From IMG/VR virus record IMGVR_UViG_3300035498_000877, positions 225,235 to 289,234 of that record: 64,000 nucleotides of DNA; one strand, written 5' to 3'. The translations under genes were made by a program, and so were the position numbers. This DNA comes from a virus (lineage: Duplodnaviria; Caudoviricetes). Positions 61,364 to 64,000 of this stretch are shown here, piece after piece. The notes beneath the pieces are model-generated. The model searched no databases, was not told the DNA's origin, and saw only the letters and a list, made by a program, of their open reading frames with translations. Every line of letters begins with the position of its first letter. Position 1 is the stretch's first letter.

Positions 61364-61517
61364 GTTTGAAAAACTCCTTTCCCTTTATTTCTTTTTTCTT
61401 TTCAATTTTTACTAGATTTGCATATTTACCTGATTGAATTTTGCCATTTTTAATCATTAGTATAACATCATCAAAAGCATCCTTTTTATATTCTTCATAT
61501 CTTTCCTTTCCATTCAT
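61356..61517 (-). CDS. Small 53-aa ORF
   Basis: AAGGAGG RBS and TATATTCT motif upstream. Confidence 0.55.
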   Translation of the reverse strand: MNGKERYEEYKKDAFDDVILMIKNGKIQSGKYANLVKIEKKKEIKGKEFFKHE

Positions 61518-61620
61518 ATATAAATTTCCTCCTTATCTTTATTATAAATAAAGAATATATAATTAATAAAGACAGAACCCGAATTTAAAAGTATAAATTA
61601 GTAGAAAGGAAGAAAACATT

Positions 61621-62667
61621 ATGAACATGTGTGATGTATATCTTAATGATATTAATGATATGGAAATAGATTTATATAATCAAAGTATTGAATATAATGA
61701 ATTTATTGAAGCAATGGATATACTAGATAATCTATTTAAAGATAGTAATGAAATTGTATTAGAGGCTGTTACAAATCAGAAATCAAATCATGCCACAGTT
61801 AAAAAAATTATCAATAATACTGGAGAAACAATTGGTACTGTTGGATACATATATGGTGGATTAACTGATGCTGAAGGAATGGAATTAAAAGGTGGATTTA
61901 ATATAGTTGCTTCTCTAGCTAAAATATTTGCTAAAATAGTTAATTGGGTAATGAGAAAAGTAGGATTTTTTGCGGAGCAAATTAGTAGATTTCTCAATTT
62001 TATATCATCAATACCTAAAGAGATTAAATTAAAGATTACTGGTGATATTGAATTATATATAACTGCTAATGACTTACAAGGATTATTTAATAGGGGATTA
62101 GTAGATCAGATAGATAATTATATATCAGCTGCATCTCAATTTGTTCAAGGTGACTACTGGAAATCAGTTTTTGCCCATGGAAATATAAAAGAAGGTTTCA
62201 ATAATAGTGATGGTCATTATTATAATCAAATGGATAATATATATAACTATTTGAAGAAACTTAATTTTACTAAGACAGTCATAAATATGAGAGATAGAAC
62301 TAATCATGTTATTTATTTTGGTGATAATAAATCAATAACATATACACATCATGGAACTGTTGTGAAATGTAATTACTATAATGCATTATTGAATTTAATA
62401 AAAGCAATTAAAGCTAGAGATAAAGATTTGGAAATAATACGTGATGCAGCAATTCTTAAAGTTGATAATGCTAAATGTAACGGAGCATATGCAAAAGCTT
62501 TAGGCGTACAACGAAAAAAGTTAGATAAATCTATTGAACTGGTCTCTGGTATAATAAATGTAATTGGAAAAATAGTGAAGTATATTAATATGGATATAAA
62601 GACAATGAATGATGCTTTTAAAGTAGTAATGCATCAAGCAGGTGTTAATGAAGCAAATACTAAATAA
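61621..62667 (+). CDS. Probable internal head protein
   Basis: Acidic N-terminal segment ending IVLEA, then an amphipathic helix, as in 38258. Confidence 0.45.
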   Translation: MNMCDVYLNDINDMEIDLYNQSIEYNEFIEAMDILDNLFKDSNEIVLEAVTNQKSNHATVKKIINNTGETIGTVGYIYGGLTDAEGMELKGGFNIVASLAKIFAKIVNWVMRKVGFFAEQISRFLNFISSIPKEIKLKITGDIELYITANDLQGLFNRGLVDQIDNYISAASQFVQGDYWKSVFAHGNIKEGFNNSDGHYYNQMDNIYNYLKKLNFTKTVINMRDRTNHVIYFGDNKSITYTHHGTVVKCNYYNALLNLIKAIKARDKDLEIIRDAAILKVDNAKCNGAYAKALGVQRKKLDKSIELVSGIINVIGKIVKYINMDIKTMNDAFKVVMHQAGVNEANTK

Positions 62668-62700
62668 ATAGAAGAGGGAAATTAATCCCTCTTCTATTAT
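62667..62700. terminator. Terminator between convergent genes
   Basis: AATAGAAGAGGGA/TCCCTCTTCTATT. Confidence 0.65.
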
Positions 62701-64000
62701 TAACTAACTTTAGGTAAACATTTAATGCATGCATTTTCACTATTATCAGATCCATCAGCAGTAAAACAAAAATACATAAATAATGGCCCGGCAGATTTAA
62801 TATGTATCGTATCGCCACCAAAAGAAGCAACAGCTGAATAAGTACCATTTGAGCTTTTCCATGAAGTTGTAGTATAATACATTGAATTATCTATTTCTTC
62901 GCCAGATTCATCGACATCTTTAATAAATATACCATTCTCAGTAAATCTTAAAGATTTGATAAGTCCTCCTGTACTCTGGGTTTGACCAACTTCTATATAT
63001 CCATCACCAGTAAAGTTATATCCTTCTACTGTAGAACCATCTTGGGTACCATAAGTAAGTTTCACTTTTAAAACATTGGAACAATCAATCAATCCATATA
63101 TAAATCTGAATGCATTGCCCCAGAAATTTTCAATACCAAATATTTTAACACCGGATACTTTATCTGTAGATCCCCAGAATAATCCTTTCTGATCCATAGT
63201 ACCTGAATTAATATAACCTTGCTTATTTACATTTACGTATGAATCAGTATTGCCTTGACCGAATGCTGTTCTGTGATCAGTAGTTTTAGATATTAACCAT
63301 AATAATAGAGTTATTAATAGCCAATCATTATAACATGTAATAGACCAAATGTTATCATCATTTTGATTATTTGCATACGCATATTCAGCAAATTTACTTA
63401 TAGAAGTTTTTTTCGTTGTTGGTTCCATTCCACTCATTGATCTTAATATATTACTAGATTCAACTCCATCATATGCTGATAAATAGCAATATGGTACTTC
63501 ATCTCCATAGTTATTTATATGAGCCCAACAATGATAGTTATCATCTACTTTCTTATCTGAAAAATAAAAATTACAATGATCATCATCAATAGGTGTTATC
63601 TTGAAATATACTCTTGGTATTCCTACCATAACATTGCCAACACCATTAAGACTATCAATAGCTGTACCATCTAATTTCTTTTTATAATTATTATGGTCTA
63701 ATAAATATTCTTCTGTGCCATTAAAATTCAATACACATGGTCTAAGATTCTTGATAAAGAATGCATTTTCCCAGTCACCATAATCAAATATGTCATTATC
63801 ATAATCCATATGTACTGGTGTATAGTTTTCATTAACAGTACCTTCTATATATGATATCATACTATTAGGATCAGATTGTGTTTGATCTATACTAAAACCA
63901 AATACTTCTGCTTCGAATTCATGTCCACATTTTTCACATGTAGTTCCTGGATCTGATGGGCTACATTCTTCTGTTGTACCACATCCACCTTCTGTAATAC
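62700..64000 (-). CDS. Fibre/receptor-binding-like protein, paralog of 56364 (5' end outside window)
   Basis: Frame is open to the window edge (ITEGGCGTTEECSPSDPGTTCEKCGHEFEAEVFGFSIDQTQ...); extensive identity to 56468-57655. Confidence 0.8.
   Translation of the reverse strand, partial: ITEGGCGTTEECSPSDPGTTCEKCGHEFEAEVFGFSIDQTQSDPNSMISYIEGTVNENYTPVHMDYDNDIFDYGDWENAFFIKNLRPCVLNFNGTEEYLLDHNNYKKKLDGTAIDSLNGVGNVMVGIPRVYFKITPIDDDHCNFYFSDKKVDDNYHCWAHINNYGDEVPYCYLSAYDGVESSNILRSMSGMEPTTKKTSISKFAEYAYANNQNDDNIWSITCYNDWLLITLLLWLISKTTDHRTAFGQGNTDSYVNVNKQGYINSGTMDQKGLFWGSTDKVSGVKIFGIENFWGNAFRFIYGLIDCSNVLKVKLTYGTQDGSTVEGYNFTGDGYIEVGQTQSTGGLIKSLRFTENGIFIKDVDESGEEIDNSMYYTTTSWKSSNGTYSAVASFGGDTIHIKSAGPLFMYFCFTADGSDNSENACIKCLPKVS

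Noticed and set aside
617-62848. Many short ORFs antisense to or overlapping long genes (e.g. 2996-3556, 5200-5562, 16595-16900, 31189-31509)
   Set aside because: Shadow frames of AT-rich coding DNA with no RBS or recognisable motifs.
56468-64000. Diversity-generating retroelement acting on the fibre paralogs
   Set aside because: No reverse transcriptase or adenine-specific TR/VR pair is visible in this window; it cannot be excluded elsewhere.
1-64000. Uracil-substituted DNA, as in AR9/PBS1
   Set aside because: Not readable from sequence, and no diagnostic genes recognised in the window.
1-64000. CRISPR arrays, tRNA or rRNA genes
   Set aside because: No regularly spaced repeats or cloverleafs noticed; structured non-coding regions are accounted for by introns and terminators.

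Overview
AT-rich, densely coding segment of a large tailed phage of the phiKZ/AR9(PBS1)-like jumbo group. Strong AAGGAGG ribosome-binding sites, NrdD/NrdG and an amidase endolysin suggest an anaerobic Firmicute host (inference). It encodes a prohead protease, virion proteins, a virion-type RNA polymerase beta subunit, a non-virion beta-prime N-terminal subunit, a probable sigma-like fifth RNAP subunit, a family-B DNA polymerase, a RecA-like recombinase, RNase HI, NrdG/NrdD, a kinase-like protein, an ABC half-transporter and fibre proteins. The ORF track hides most of the structure. I can delimit nine group I introns from U|...G boundaries, IGS pairing and restored protein motifs: 1 in RNAP beta, 2 in nrdD, 2 in the sigma-like gene and 4 in beta-prime, one of which leaves a 13-nt micro-exon carrying part of the catalytic NADFDGD motif. 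There are also four intron-encoded nucleases (one antisense) and two mini-inteins. The most novel-looking element is a shared 5' cassette (ATG...GTACTT-G10/11-TTCATTAAAATCCCTAAT) that puts two unrelated fibre/receptor-binding genes out of frame in the same register, a candidate poly-G phase-variation or slippage switch. All family assignments come from motif recognition by eye; no searches were run.
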